From: Octopus sinensis
Lineage: Eukaryota
DNA length: 64,000 nucleotides
NCBI RefSeq assembly: GCF_006345805.1
Contig: NC_043002.1
Span: forward strand, 75,578,001-75,642,000
Direction of reading: 5' to 3'
In this document: positions 1 to 13,589 of the stretch, piece after piece
How the letters are laid out: the number at the start of each line of letters is the position of its first letter
How positions within the stretch are numbered: the first letter of the stretch is position 1
The notes under the pieces: generated by a model
Told to the model about the DNA's origin: nothing
The model's input: the letters and a program-made list of their open reading frames with translations, nothing else
The model's database searches: none
Translations under genes and position numbers: made by a program

Positions 1-184
1 CTTTCAATTGCTTTAAATATAGCAAAGAATTTTGTAAAATAACTTAGTTATCATTCAGCTAGTGTTAGGAACATAAATTATAACTAAGGTTTGGTGGAAG
101 ATTTTAATTTGAAACTTATGAAAACAAAACATTTGTATTCAGAGCCAGAGCCAGTTTCAGCCAGGTTGTTAATGAATGGGTTAA
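1..184. mobile_element. MITE-like non-autonomous DNA element, truncated by window start
   Basis: Body (aaataacttagttatcatt..gaacataaatt..taaggtttggtggaagatttt) recurs at 20653-20880; ends in aatgggttaa, resembling a TTAA-ended TIR. Confidence 0.65.
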
Positions 185-866
185 TTATGGACAATGGTAG
201 AACAAGGAAATTTTGAGAAAAATTACTTTAATCAGATCTCTTACTTCCTTTTTCACCAAATTATTGAGTGAAATTATCTCATTTCATAAAGGAAAGAGAT
301 ATATCTTTGGTACACTTTGTAAGAACTTTTGTTCCTGTGTAAATTACCTAAGTTTGAGCCTTTATATCTTGTGTAGAACAACTATGAAATTATCAAAAAA
401 ATTTGATCCAGAACAAAATAGAAAGACACAATACATATTTCCATTATATCCTTCCCTGCAGGAAGATGGTAAAACTTGCAAATGTGAATGGCATGCTCTG
501 TTTAATTCACAGAACTTTTAAATTTCACCCTCTTCCATTTTTGTCTCACACATATTTGTGTATAAAGGTGTACAGATAGATGTTCTCATGAGTAACAAGA
601 AAAAAAAAAGGAAGATATTTAGAGTGCTCCGTGTATACTTTTGGAGAAAGAGCATAGAGTCAGTTAATGTGTGTGAGTACGTGTGTATATATACTTATAT
701 ATACACATATACATACACACATGCACGCACAGGCACACACACACAAGTATGTATTTATATACATTTATATTGATATATCTATATAAATATGTACATATAT
801 ATACATACATATATATAAATATATACTCATATATATATTGATATATTTATGTATATACATACATAC

Positions 867-897
<31 letters not shown>

Positions 898-1951
898 GGC
901 ACACACATACATTCATACATATATACATACATAGAGAAAGCTGATAACATGCTGGGTTCCTTCTGCCATGTTTGTTCCTTTGGAAACTCTTGAGAATTTT
1001 TACTTCTTTTTAAATCCTGGATTAGGATTAAAAATCAAGCATATGAAGGTTTTATTTATCTAGTTATTTACTTTTATTTTATTTATTTACTCTACCAGCT
1101 TCTTATGAATCTAGATATGTCCTACCTTTAAAGATGAACAAAATACAATTGAAATGCTAAAGAATGAATGTGTGTGTGTGTGTGTGTCTGTGTGTGTGTG
1201 AGTGAAAGAACGAAATAAGTAAACTTGTAGATGTCTCATTTTAAATCCTAATCTATACTTAAGGAGAATATGTATAATCATGTATAAACTAGAACAGAAA
1301 TAGTTAATATGGATGATGATGATGATGATGATAAAAGGCATTTGTGTATACAACTCTGTTGCTCACATGTACATGTAAATGCCTGGAGATACACATACAC
1401 ACACAATTACTTAAGGTTGTGCAGTTCGTAACGGCACTATGAACAACGATGCTTTTCTTTCATCAGTTCAAATCCCTCCATGGTTGAATGTGTTAGCCAT
1501 TTGTTTCGCTGCTGTTAACAAACTGTTTACTAAAAAATAAGCTGCAAGAATAACTTATGTTCATACTTCTCTGCTTTAGATCACAATTGGTGGGCAATAG
1601 CCTTATTGGTTACAGGTTTCCAATGGACCAATCACTAACTCACTGCATTTATGACAACAGATCTGATGAGAATATGTCTAATCGGGTGAAAGAGACATCA
1701 CTCATAAAACATCATCTGTTTTTTTTTCTTTCATTTTCATCAATCATTATTCCTGGGATGGACATGGTGGGTACAGTCCTCAGCAACTCCTCGATAGAAT
1801 CCTATCAGAAGCAACTGTCATTACACTCCAAGTGCTGTACTGTAAGATTTGGACCTGGAATCATTTGAATGCCAGCCAAATTCCTTAACCTCTCAACCAT
1901 GCCTGTTGGATCCCCAAACATAAATAACTAACTGAAATTAATCACCCATAT

Positions 1952-1969
1952 CCTAACCCTAACCCTAAC
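1952..1969 (-). repeat. Three telomere-type (TTAGGG) units, interstitial
   Basis: cctaac x3 on the + strand. Confidence 0.6.
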
Positions 1970-2067
1970 TGTCCATCCCAAGGTCTCTTGCTAGTTAGCA
2001 CTGTTATACTTTCCTCAGATATTCTTACCACATGTCTACAGTACTGGAGCTGTGACCTCCCTCACAG

Positions 2068-2392
2068 TGAAGGTGCATGGCTCAGTGGTTAGAGAGTTGG
2101 GTTCACAATCGTGCAGTAGTGGGTTCAGTTCCTGGACCGAGCTGTATGTCGAGTTCTTGAGCAAGACACTTTATTTCACATTGCTCCAGTTCACTCAGCT
2201 GTAGAAATGAGTTGTAACATCACTGGTGCCAAGCTGTATTGGCCTTTAACTTTCCCTTGGATAAGCATCGGTGAAATGGAGAGGGGAGACTGGTATGCAT
2301 AGGTGACTGGTTGCCCGAACTTGTGCCTCGGAGGGTAACTTTCTAGGTGCAATCTCATGGTCATACATGATTGAAAGTGGTCTTTACCCTTT
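2068..2392 (+). mobile_element. tRNA-derived SINE, family C
   Basis: Head tggctcagtggttagag (A-box-like) and gggttcagttcc (B-box-like), then ttgagcaagacactttatttcacattgctccagttcactcagctg; related copies at 19146-19385, 32295-32450 and 53000-53160. Confidence 0.8.
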
Positions 2393-3629
2393 ATCCTATG
2401 ACCTCATAATGCAATTAAGTAGCAGCTTGACTTGGAGAGACTCTCTAATCTCTGGGCTATGCCCTCTGTCAAATAACATTACTCAAGGGTCCCTTTGGGC
2501 AAATCCCATTTTGGTTGCTTGATAGAATTTATGTAGACAAGGCACACACTCACACTGATTGATACTCAACTCAATTTTGCTCTACAAAATTCAACTTTCA
2601 AGGATTTGGTGAAACCAAGGCTGTGATCGGAAGACAACTGCTCCAAGTGCTGTACTGTGAGATTTGGACCTGGAATCATTTGAATGCCAGCCAAACTCCT
2701 TAACCTCTCAACCTTGCCTGTGCCCTTGCAATGAGCAGACTGATTAATATTGCCCCCTTTCTTTCCGTCAGTCATGCTGGTCTTAACACAATAGGATTTA
2801 CAAATCTACTTAGTAATATGAATGTGACAGATGCTTCACACTAAGATTGCAATTAAACTTCCAAAGGAATAAAGTGTTTGTACTTGAAGTGGTGTGTGTG
2901 TGTTTGTGTGTATGCATGCTTAGATAAAGTGAAGTGTTTTTGTTTTAAAAGTAATTAGACCACCTAAGAAGAACCTCATGTTAAGTATCACTTTTGGAAG
3001 ATACTCTCATGTGTGTGTATTCATTGGTTGACAGTGTGTATTCATTGGTTCAGTCTGATTCTACTCTGAGTTTCCTGTATTGGAGTAAGTAATTTGGTAT
3101 GGATAAATAAAACTCTGTTACATATATTAAATACTCATGTCCTCTTTATACACCAAAATCTGCAAATATGGGTGTGCGTATGTTCACGCACACAAACAAA
3201 TACAGATTAAATGCAACAGTTATATAATATACCATATCTATAGTTTAGTGGTCGAACTACTCTTGAAAAACCTTTTCTTACTGTTTAACTCTTAGATGTA
3301 CAAGCTCTTCATTTTTCTTTCTGTGTGTGTGTGTATGTGTGCGCACACTTGAAAGAGAAAGAGAGCAGCTTAAGTAAAACTTCTTAACTTTGTATCAGAG
3401 ACCACTTCTTTGACACATAAATATGAATAAGATAGAAATCAGTTGCAATGATGTAAACATGGCACCTTCTAAATAAAATGTCATTAAGCTGATGTATTGG
3501 GTACACATACACTTTTGAAGAGGGGAAACATTGGTAGGGGGGAAATAAATAAAAGAAAGTAGAGGAAATGAAAGAAAAACGAGGCATTAATCCTCCTATG
3601 ATCTGCAGTTTCATAAAGCCTGTACTTAC

Positions 3630-3661
3630 TTGGCTCTGAGAAGCATTGAGCGGATGCTTGT
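3630..3661 (-). CDS. Candidate 32-nt exon (DKHPLNASQSQ or TSIRSMLLRA frames)
   Basis: Minus strand gttacttttgatag|...gccaa|gtaagt; splice signals only, no homology recognised. Confidence 0.15.
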
Positions 3662-3739
3662 CTATCAAAAGTAACTTTCGCTAAAGGTCTTTGTTACCTA
3701 TTTACCATACACTACGGAATAACCAAACTGGCTTATCGT

Positions 3740-4243
3740 TTTATCATTTTACTTGTTTCAGACATTGGACTGTGGCCATGCTGGGGTACTGTCATGAAGG
3801 GTTTTAAATGAATAAATCAAACCTAGTACTTATTTTTTTTTTTTAAGTCTGGTGCTTATTCTATTGGTCACTTTTGCCAAACTGCTAAGTTATAGGTATG
3901 TAAACAAACCAACACTGGTTGTCAAGCAGTGGTGAGGAACAAAAACAAAGACAAATGTATACACATACATAAGTATATATATTCACACGTGTGTGTGTGT
4001 GTGTGTCTGTTTGGATAGCTGGATAAATGGATAGATAGATGGATGAATAGGTAGATGGAGTGGATAGATATGCATATATATGAGGAGCTTCCACACAGTC
4101 TCCATCTTTCAAATTCACTCACAAGGAATTGGTTGGTCCAAGGCTTTTGTAGAAGACACCTGCTTAAGGTGCTGTACAGTGGGACTGAACCCAGTACCAT
4201 GTGGCTGCTACACGAGTTCCTTAACCACACAGCCATGCTTGCC
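3740..4243 (-). mobile_element. tRNA-derived SINE, family A, diverged full length
   Basis: Matches family A: head rc of ccacacagcc, gggactgaacc; central (TG)n; tail acttgtttcag...ggccatgctgg. Confidence 0.8.
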
Positions 4244-4984
4244 TTGTTTAAAGTTGGTGTCAAATTTCTTCTGTTTGGATCTGAACTCACAACCTATGCT
4301 TCCGTAGCTCAATACGTGGTCTACTGAATTGTATCCATGATACAATTTGGGCAAAGTTACAATAAACTGAGCTCAATGTTGTTAGAACACATCTTTACAC
4401 TTCAGTTGGTTTCTGTTTTTTGGTGGGTGGTGGGTGACATTTAGTGACTAATGTCATTGACTGCAAGGCAGTAGCTATGACAGAAGCAGGTTGGTGGATT
4501 TTGGTAGAAATTGGCATGCATTGGAGTTGTTGTTTAGAACAGTCAACACCAAAAGAACCAATTAAATATGGAGAACATACACTGAAATGGAGCTAGCTAG
4601 CTGATGGGCTTTCCCTTGTATCGACTTTCAGTAAATCCATTGGTATTTTTAATAGAGAAAAATGATTACTGCTTTTGATCCTAATGAGGGATGGCCATAT
4701 ATGTTAGAACTATTGTAGTGTGTGTGTGTGTGTGTGATAGAAGGAGAGAATGAGAGACAGCCATATGAGTATGATTATGATAAAGGGTAGAGGGGAAGAG
4801 ACATTCAAATTGATTATTGGGTTTAAAACTGCTATCTTATGCTTTGTGTGGGAGATGAAAATGCTTTGTAGTGAGTGTTGATTTTTTTTTCTTTTTCTTT
4901 TTTTTTTTTATTGTGTCCACTTCACAATAATAGTCTGTTTTAGCAAAGCAGGATATTATAAATAAATCATTATAATAGCAATAG

Positions 4985-5205
4985 TGGACATGTTGTTGTT
5001 GTTGATGATGATGATGATAATAGTAGTGTTGGTGACGATGATGGCAGTGGTGACATTGGTGTTGGCGGTGGTGACGATGATAGTGGCAGTGGTGGTGATG
5101 AGGATGATGGTGACAATGATGATAGTGATAGTGGTGGCGGTGATGATGATGATTATGATTATGATGCCGTCAATGATGATGATGGTTGTGGCGGCGGTGG
5201 TGACG
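4985..5205. repeat. Degenerate (GAT/GTG)n trinucleotide repeat
   Basis: Direct reading; explains the Met/Val-rich ORF 4984..5256. Confidence 0.9.
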
Positions 5206-6512
5206 CATCAATCTCATGCCATCGTTCTCAAAGTGGTTTTGGGTTGGTGCTATTAATTGCATGAGCTCACAGTTAATTCATACCAGTCAATCAATAAGTT
5301 AGATGCATCACTTGCAAACTGTCAATATGCACTGTTGTTTTAATTTACTCTAAGTGCATCAGCCAGAGATGTATAAATGGAATAGATTGCTTCTGGTCTG
5401 CGTTTCTATTATTTGTTCGTTTTCTATTTATTTTTATACTTCATGGAATGTGCGCTCGCCTATCTTCCAATTCTTTAGAATGACAACAGTTAAACGACAT
5501 TATGTGGTTTAGTCGTTTGGTTGGTTTCTTTACTAGTTTTCTCAGAATTTCAAGTGTCCTTTCTTGACCGTGCTTTATAAGCGAGACCATTTATATTGCA
5601 TCTATTGTCGTTGTCTCACACCATCATCTTTTAATGTTAACTCACAACAAGGAGTTCTTTTTAGTCAGTTTCCCAACAGTTTTTGAAAACAGAACATAAT
5701 GTCCTTTTGAAGAAAACTCTGCAAAGTGCTTTGTTTGCAGCCTTCAAGAAGTTATTGCTTTTGCTGCCATATCGGTAGAATGCACAGCAAAAAGGCCTCG
5801 AAACAATATGGCTCCTACTGTCCACTTATCAAGTCCTTTCTCAGATATCGCCGTAGATGATATGAATATGAACTGCTATCTGCTATTTATTTTTCTCTTT
5901 CTGCCTATACAGAACACTCTAATTTAACAAAGTACTTCTGTAAATGCTCCCCCTCCCCAACACTAACACCACCTTCTCTCTCTGTTTCTGTCTCTCTCTG
6001 TTTCTGTCTGTCTGTCTCTCTCTCTCTCTCTCACACAGTTGTATTTGCTCTTCCTCTCTTCTTTTCCTCTTCTTTGCTATTTGGCAACGATAAGTGATCG
6101 AATGCTCTTCACATTTTCTTTTGCGATTACACAAGGATGATAATGGCAGTGGCGGAGGTGTGTCACTGGATAGTGGTGGTGGTGGTGGTGGTGGTGGTAG
6201 TGGTGGCAGCGGTGAGAAATGAGAATGGTCGATGGTGATGTTGATGGTAGCAGATCTCTATTGATTCCATGATAGTTTTCAACGAACACTTCTGTCTACT
6301 TGATTGGCTTGGTTATGGCTTTGGACAACACCACTACCACTGCAACAGAATGTCTATTGTTGTTGTTATTATTGTTATTATTGGTGGTGGTGGTGGTGAC
6401 GATGTTGTTGCTATTACAACAAAGTTTTTAACCGTCACATTCTTGTCAAGTTCCCTTTAGTCGATGTTGTATGAAACAAGTGATGTCGTTCAGATTCCCT
6501 TTTCTACTGTAG

Positions 6513-6570
6513 TCCGTATGGAGTGGATTCAGCTGAAATGCCATTGCACAGACGGTCTTGTACTCAGCTG
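6513..6570 (+). CDS. Candidate exon (RMEWIQLKCHCTDGLVLS or PYGVDSAEMPLHRRSCTQL)
   Basis: attcccttttctactgtag| acceptor, ctg|gtaaga donor; unique CpG-containing sequence; two frames open. Confidence 0.3.
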
Positions 6571-6904
6571 GTAAGAGCTGGTGCTGGTGGTCGTCGTGGG
6601 ATGAAAGAAAGAGAGAGAGAGAGAAAGGTCCAAAATAGAAGCAGTAGTAGTAGTAGTAGTTGTAATGATAATAATAAATACTTAAAATTGTTGTAAGCAT
6701 CTTCCCCTGTTATATCAGTCGTTAACTATCAGTTGAGCATCATCTTTTTTCGAATACTCCACTTCTCGCTATTTTTTTTATCCTCTAACACTTACATGAG
6801 ATTTTCCTCTTTTCTCTGCCCCCACCCACTTCTGTTGTTGCTGTTCTTGTTGTTGATGTTGTTGTTGTTATTATTATTATTATTATTATTGTTATTATTA
6901 TTAT

Positions 6905-8205
6905 TTAAGGCAGTGATCTGGCAGAATTGCTAGCATACTGGATGAAATGCTTAGTGGTATTTCGCTCATTGCTATGAGTTCAAATTCTGCTGAGGTTGAC
7001 TTTGCCTTTTATCCTTTTGGGGGTCAATAAATTAAGTACCCATGAAGCACTGGGGTCAATTTAATTGACTAATCCCTTCCCCCACAAATTTCAGGCCTTG
7101 TGCCTATAGTAGAAAAGATTATTATTATTATTTGTTGTTGTTGTTATTATTATTATTGTGGCAAGCTGGCAGAATCGTTAGTGGTATTTCATCTGTCTTC
7201 ATGTTCTGAGTTCAAATGCCACCAGGGTCAACTTTGCCTTTCATGCTTTCAGGATTGGTAAATTATGTACCCGATATGTGCTGTGGTTGTTGTATTTGAC
7301 TCATCCTCTCCCTCAAAATTTCAGGCCTTGTGCTTATAGTAGGAAAGATTATTATTATTATTATTATTAAGGTGGTGAGCAGGCAGACTTATTAACATGC
7401 TGGACAAAGTGTTTAGCAGCAATTTGTCTGCCGTTATGTTCTGTGTTCAAATTCTGCCGAGGTTAACTTTGTCTTTCATCCTTTCTGGGCTGATAAAATA
7501 AGTGCCAGTTGAGTATTGGGGTTCAATGTATTCAACTGATCCCCCTACCCTGAAATTGCTGGCCTTGTGCCAAAATTTGAAATCACTATCATTAATCATT
7601 ATTATAAGGTGGCAAGCTGGCAGAACTATTAGCACGCTGGGCAAAATGTTTGGTGGCATTTTGTCTGTCTTTGCATTCTGAGTTCAAATTTCGCTGAGGT
7701 CAGCTTTGCCTTTCATCCTTTCAGGATTGATAGAATAAGTATCCGTTGAACAGTAGGGTTGATGTAATCAACTTATACCCTCCCCCCAAATTACTGGCCT
7801 TGTGTCAAAATTTGAAATCATTATTATTATCATTTATTGCCTTAGCACAGCTTCTAATGCTGGAGATGTACTACAGTGTCAGCTGTTCACAAGTGAGCTA
7901 AGGTAACACCTCTTATTTTTTGAGCACCTTCTGGAGTATTATCATCATCATCATCATCATCATTATTATTATTATTATTATTATTATAGCGATTTGGCAG
8001 AATTGTTAGTGCTCTGGAAGAAATGATTAGTGATATTTCACCTGTTGCTATGTTCTGAGTTCAAATTCTGCTGAGGTCATCTTTACCTTTCATCCTTTCA
8101 GAGTCGATAAAATAAGTACCAGTTGAACACTGGGGGTCAGTGCAATTGACTTTCCCTTCCCCTCAAAAACTACTGGCCCTGTGCTAAAATTTGAAAGCAC
8201 TATTA
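6905..8205 (+). mobile_element. Head-to-tail array of five family B SINEs separated by (ATT)n
   Basis: Units start near 6907, 7156, 7370, 7605 and 7988; each has ggcagaa...gagttcaaat (B-box-like)...tttgcctttcatcctt...taagtacc...ggccttgtgc. Confidence 0.9.
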
Positions 8206-9039
8206 AATAAATAAATAAAATAAACTTACATAAAAATTATTTTAGAAAGAGCTACATTTAAAGAGTTTAGAAAATATAAAAATAAACAACAAAAAATTAA
8301 AAAATTTCAAAGCTTAATGAAAATAAAAGTTAGAAAAAATTTTATTTTAGAAATGATTTATCTGGTTAAATAATATTTAAAGACATTTTTTTTGTGTGTG
8401 TGTGTGTGTGGTGGTGGTGGTGGTGGTGGTGGTGGTGGTAGGGGAGAAATGTTTTTTTTCTTCTATGATCAAAACATCTGTGTGTGTGTGTAGATGTGTA
8501 TATGTTCGCATGAACCTGGTTTCGCCTGCCTACATCCCTTTCTCCATTTCTTATATGTTATGTCAGTTCGACCATGTATGTACATGTATGTGTGTGTGTG
8601 TGTGTATAGGCATACATGTACATAAACAACATAGTCATATGCACTCTCACTCAAAGGTGCTATATATATATATAGGTATGTATGTATGTGTGTATACACA
8701 CATGCATTATACATGCATGCATATATACTTACATTTTGTATTAGATAAAGCAGTTATTTCCCAGTATTATATTAACTCATTATAACTTATCTGTTTTCTG
8801 AAATCTTTTTATCTTCAATTTCTTTGATTTTGTTTACCTATATTCTCTCATAGACACATCTTCCTACATGCCTATCTATTCAACTATCTGTCTGTCTATA
8901 CATCTATCTATCTAGTTAGCTAGCTACCCCCCCTCCGCCATCAAACCCTCACCCATCTAACAGATTACTGATCCCTACTTCTATGTACTCACCTGTCTAT
9001 CTCTCTCTCTATGTTTCTATATCTCTCCAATCATCTACC

Positions 9040-9140
9040 CATCCATCCATCCATCCATCCATCCATCCATCCATCCATCCATCCATCCATCCATCCATCC
9101 ATCCATCCATCCATCCATCCGTCTGTCTGTCTGTCTGTCT
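9040..9140. repeat. (ATCC)n/(GTCT)n microsatellite
   Basis: Direct reading; source of HPSI ORFs. Confidence 0.95.
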
Positions 9141-9297
9141 ATCTACCCACCCACCCATTCCCTAACATCAACCTCCTCATCATTTCTTCTTCCTTACTTT
9201 CTTTGTCTCCTTCACCTTCTTCTTCTTCTTCTTCTTCATCATCACCTTCTTCATCACCTTCTTCTTCTTCTTCTTCACCAGCACCATTTATTTATTT

Positions 9298-9333
<36 letters not shown>

Positions 9334-9356
9334 TTTCATGCCCTGTATGTCTTTAG

Positions 9357-9462
9357 CAGTTCTTGTACAAATCTGATTGATGGAATTGAATTATTTGCAA
9401 AGAAATGTTCTGAACTTCATTATGACTATTCTGTAGATAATGAAGGGATTCATGAGGAGGCG
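9357..9462 (+). CDS. Candidate exon [35 protein letters not shown]
   Basis: ctgtatgtctttagcag tandem acceptor after an (ATTT)n tract; gcg|gtaaca donor; 35 open codons of non-repetitive composition. Confidence 0.35.
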
Positions 9463-9739
9463 GTAACAAGTAATGCAGGAGCTGGTGTTGGTGGAGGGGG
9501 TGACTAATGATAGCTGTAGTAGTAGTAGTAGTAGTATAGTAGTAGAAAAAGAAAAACAAAGGAAAGTAAAATATGATATATATATATATATCGTAGTAGT
9601 AGTAGTAGTAGCAGTAATGGTGGTTGTGATGTAGGGGTTGTGTGGAGTGAACGGAGTAAGATGGTGAGGGAGAAAGAGCTGGTATGGGAAGTGTGAGAGA
9701 TATGGAGATGGGGTAGGATTTAAAGGGGAGAGATGGAGT

Positions 9740-9908
9740 ATGATATATATATATATATGTGTACACACTGACACATACACACATGTGTGCAATAAGTGTA
9801 TGTGTGCGTGTGTATATGTGTGCATTAATATGTATGTATGTATGTATGTATGTATATATGTATGTATATATGTATATATATGTATGTATATATGTATATA
9901 TATGTATG

Positions 9909-9941
<33 letters not shown>

Positions 9942-10099
9942 GTATGTATATATATATATGTATGTATGTATGTATATATATATATGTATGTATGTATATA
10001 TATATATGTATGTATGTATATATATATATGTATGTATATATGTGTATATGTTTGTATGTATATATATGTATGTATTTTTATATGTATGTATACATGTAT

Positions 10100-10143
<44 letters not shown>

Positions 10144-10185
10144 GTATGTATATATGTATATATATATATGCTTGTGTGCATGCAT
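9740..10185. repeat. Compound (TA)n/(TATG)n microsatellite
   Basis: Direct reading; source of long Y/I/M/C/H ORFs. Confidence 0.95.
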
Positions 10186-10287
10186 ACATACATCAGAGAG
10201 AAACTGTATACGCTTGTGCAAAAGAGTGATAGACTTAGAGTGAGTGAAAGGATGAAAGAGAGTAAGAGATTTGTAGAAACATGGGGG

Positions 10288-10318
<31 letters not shown>

Positions 10319-10660
10319 GTGGTGGGGGAATATTGGTAAGCTTCAGAGGTAGGTAGGTTGAAAGTGAGTGGTGGGGACAGAAGGAGATGCAATATGGATA
10401 GAGAGAGACTAAGAGATTCCTAGAGAGAGAGAGACTAGAAGAAGAAAAATTATAGTTGTGTGTGTGTGTGGCTGTGTGTATATGAATTCTTGAGTGTGTG
10501 TGTGTACATATATATATATATACACATATATATATATATACACACACACACACATATATATATATATACACACACACATACAATACACACACATGTGTGT
10601 GTGTGCTTGATAGATATCTATATCAGTATATATGTATCTATTTGTGTGTATGTTGTATAT

Positions 10661-10705
<45 letters not shown>

Positions 10706-11041
10706 TATATATACATACATACATACATACATACATAAATAGACAAAGAAAGATGAAGAACATGCTCTTGATCAATGATGATAATTCCAGTTTCCACTGA
10801 ACCTGTGAAGTTGAAGATGTTCAATTGTTATCACTGCAATGTAAGATGATACTGAAGGAAACTCTTGATACAATGAAACATTCTAAGGGGAGTGGAATCA
10901 TGAAAAATACTCCTGCAAAATATAAAATAAGAGAGAGAAAAAAATGTGGTGTTATTCCCACTTCATAAAAGATAACAGTTTTTATTACAATTTAAGTTAT
11001 TTATCATCATTAGTGCACATATGCAATACATATGTCGTATA

Positions 11042-11080
<39 letters not shown>

Positions 11081-11084
11081 TATA

Positions 11085-11305
11085 TGTGTATGTGTTTGTG
11101 TGTCTGTGTTTGTCTCCCTAGCATTGCTTGACAACCGATGCTGGTGTGTTTACGTCTCCGTCACTTAGCGGTTCGGCAAAAGAGACTGATAGAATAAGTA
11201 CTGGGCTTACAAAGAATAAGTCCCGGGGTCGATTTGCTCGACTAAAGGCGGTGCTCCACCATGGCCACAGTCAAATGACTGAAACAAGTAAAAGAGTAAG
11301 AGTAA
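11085..11305 (+). mobile_element. Family A SINE, 3' half, young
   Basis: Near-identical (reverse complement) to 58615-58800; starts at the internal (TA)n(TG)n tract. Confidence 0.9.
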
Positions 11306-11433
11306 TATACACACACATGCTTATTTATTTTTTTATAGTTTTGCTTCCATCAGTCATTGGATTGTGGCAGTGGTGGTGGTGTGGTGGTGTGGGTCACTGC
11401 TTTTAATATAGCTTAGGTTATCATATTAGTTAG

Positions 11434-11596
11434 TAGTTAACTCATATTAACCCATGGTCCTTCTTTGAGCACAGTTGTATTTGGTTTATCTACTGCAATA
11501 AAGATTAACTGGATGTTTCTGTATCTTTGTTATCCCTATTTATATAACTATCTTCAAAATTTCGACAGGGTTAACGCAGGTTAAAATGGGTTAATT
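11434..11596. mobile_element. Possible small TTAA-ended MITE
   Basis: ttaactcatattaacccatg at left versus cagggttaacgcaggttaaaatgggttaa at right (degenerate TIRs). Confidence 0.35.
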
Positions 11597-12428
11597 TATT
11601 GGTTAATCTCTAATTGTCAGACAGCTAAGTTATGGATCATAAAAGGGATATTGACATAAACTGCACTGGTTCTTAGACGGTAAACATAGACTTGAACAGA
11701 GGGGCAGGTATATATTCACACAAATGCATACATACTGTGTGTGTATGTATGTATGTATGTGTGTGTGTGTGTGTGTGGTGTGTGTGTGGTGTGAGTGTGT
11801 GTGTGTGATGTGCCTCTACACTGTTTTTCCCTCTTTGCTAATGTGTTAGCCAACCCGAAACTGTAAAGGGACACATTTGCTGGAAATGCCATACAGTGGA
11901 ATTGAACCTGAAACTATGCAGTTGCAAAGTGAAATTCTTAACCACACAGCCATGTCTGTGCACAGCATGCTTGCGCACTCATACACGTGCACATAAAAAC
12001 ATGTAAATATGCACACACACACACATATATAAATACATATATATTAATATATACTTATATGTGTGGGTTCTGTATGTACGCCTTTATGTACATATATCAT
12101 TAATACCTTCTTCATCAATAGTGTGGCTGCAAACCTCCATCTGTCACCAACTGCCATCCTCATTTCCACTCCTTCTCGCATCCTCTACGAAACAGTTTTG
12201 TTGTCTTAGAGACCAGCGGCAGTTATTTGCATGCATTTTTTATGCTATGTGTCTTTCTAATATCTTTTTTTGTTTTTGCATTCTTGCTTTATGTCTTTGA
12301 TCCTCCCCTTCCCCATTTCTCTTTCCTTATTCAACACACATCTATGTATGTATTATGCATGTCTATCCATCTGGCATGCATGTGCTATATATATGTGTGT
12401 GTGTGTGCATGCATATGTTATATATGTG

Positions 12429-12461
<33 letters not shown>

Positions 12462-12726
12462 ATGTGTTATGTATATATCATATATATATATATTTTTGTA
12501 TGTGTATTATATATATATGTATATGTTATATATATATGTTATATATATATATATATATGTATGTTTTGTATATATCTTATATATGTTTTATTATATATAT
12601 ATATATATATAATATATATGTATGTATGTGTGTGTTTTTCCATATTGGATTATATTCCATCTTATTCCATCTCAATATATATATGTGTGTGTGTATATAT
12701 ATATATAATATATATATATGTAAATA

Positions 12727-12934
12727 CTCTTTTACTTGTTTCAGTCATTTGACTGTGGCCATGCTGGAGCACTACCTTTAGTCGACCAAATTGACCCCAG
12801 GACTTATTCTTTGTAAGCCTAGTACTTATTCTATTGGTCTCTTTTGTTGAAGCGCTTACTTATGGGGACGTAAACACACCAGCATCAGTTGGCAAGCGAT
12901 ATCGGGGGGGGGGGACAAACACAGACACACACAC

Positions 12935-12973
<39 letters not shown>

Positions 12974-13133
12974 GATGGGTTTCTTTCTGTTTCTGTCTAT
13001 CAGTTCCACACACAAGGCTTTAGTCGGCCCGGGGCTATAGTAAATGATACTTCCCCAAGGTGCTACGCAGTGGGACTGAACCCGGAACCATGTGGTTCGT
13101 AAGCAAGCTACTTACCACACAGCCACTCCTGTG
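12727..13133 (-). mobile_element. Family A SINE, full length
   Basis: Tail tactcttttacttgtttcagtc, central (TA)n, head gtgggactgaacc...ccacacagccactcct. Confidence 0.9.
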
Positions 13134-13589
13134 TGGCTTCACGCCCTTTGATTTTGGTGACTCTGAATAACTGTCAGTTCAATTGCTTGGGCTGTGGTGG
13201 TTTCAGCCAGGTTGGTATTGAAGGGTTTAATTAACATTACAATTATTGATACTAAGAAAAAATGCAGTTGAACAAGTCGAACTTTTATAATCTTTTCTAC
13301 GATATGTACAGTGCCTGAAATTTTGAGGGATGTGACAGAGTTCATTAGATTGATCCCACTGCTCAACTGGTGCTTATTTTATTGATACTGAAAGGATAAG
13401 AAGAGCAAATTTGACACCAGCAGAGTTTGGACTCAGAATGTAAAGCCAAAAGAAAGTTGAACTTTAATAACACAAATATAACCCAGTTATTGCTATCTTC
13501 AGTTTTGAAGGGCTTAAAAAAAAAGTGGGGGCATTGTCAACCCATAATAATTGTAACTACAAAATAACATTATAGTGCTATAAAGCTAC

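Noticed and set aside
462-468. 7-nt microexon GAAGATG between a strong acceptor and gtaaaa
   Set aside because: Weak donor, frame-shifting length, no partner exon identified.
1655-1720. Hammerhead-like aacagat CTGATGA...GAAA...ATC atctgtt
   Set aside because: Stem I is 7 bp but stem II cannot form next to the core and stem III lacks its second pair; likely chance.
5640-5900. Unique CpG-containing segment as a coding exon
   Set aside because: Several partial frames on both strands, none with a matched acceptor and donor; may be UTR or regulatory DNA.
9353-10800. Long ORFs of 100-278 aa in the track
   Set aside because: Translations of (TA)n/(TATG)n/(CA)n lacking stops; the same applies near 12.3, 27.5, 33.4 and 49.6 kb.
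11128-11406. ORF MTTDAGVFTSPSLSG..., recurring at 58474..58791
   Set aside because: It is the family A SINE body, not a duplicated gene.
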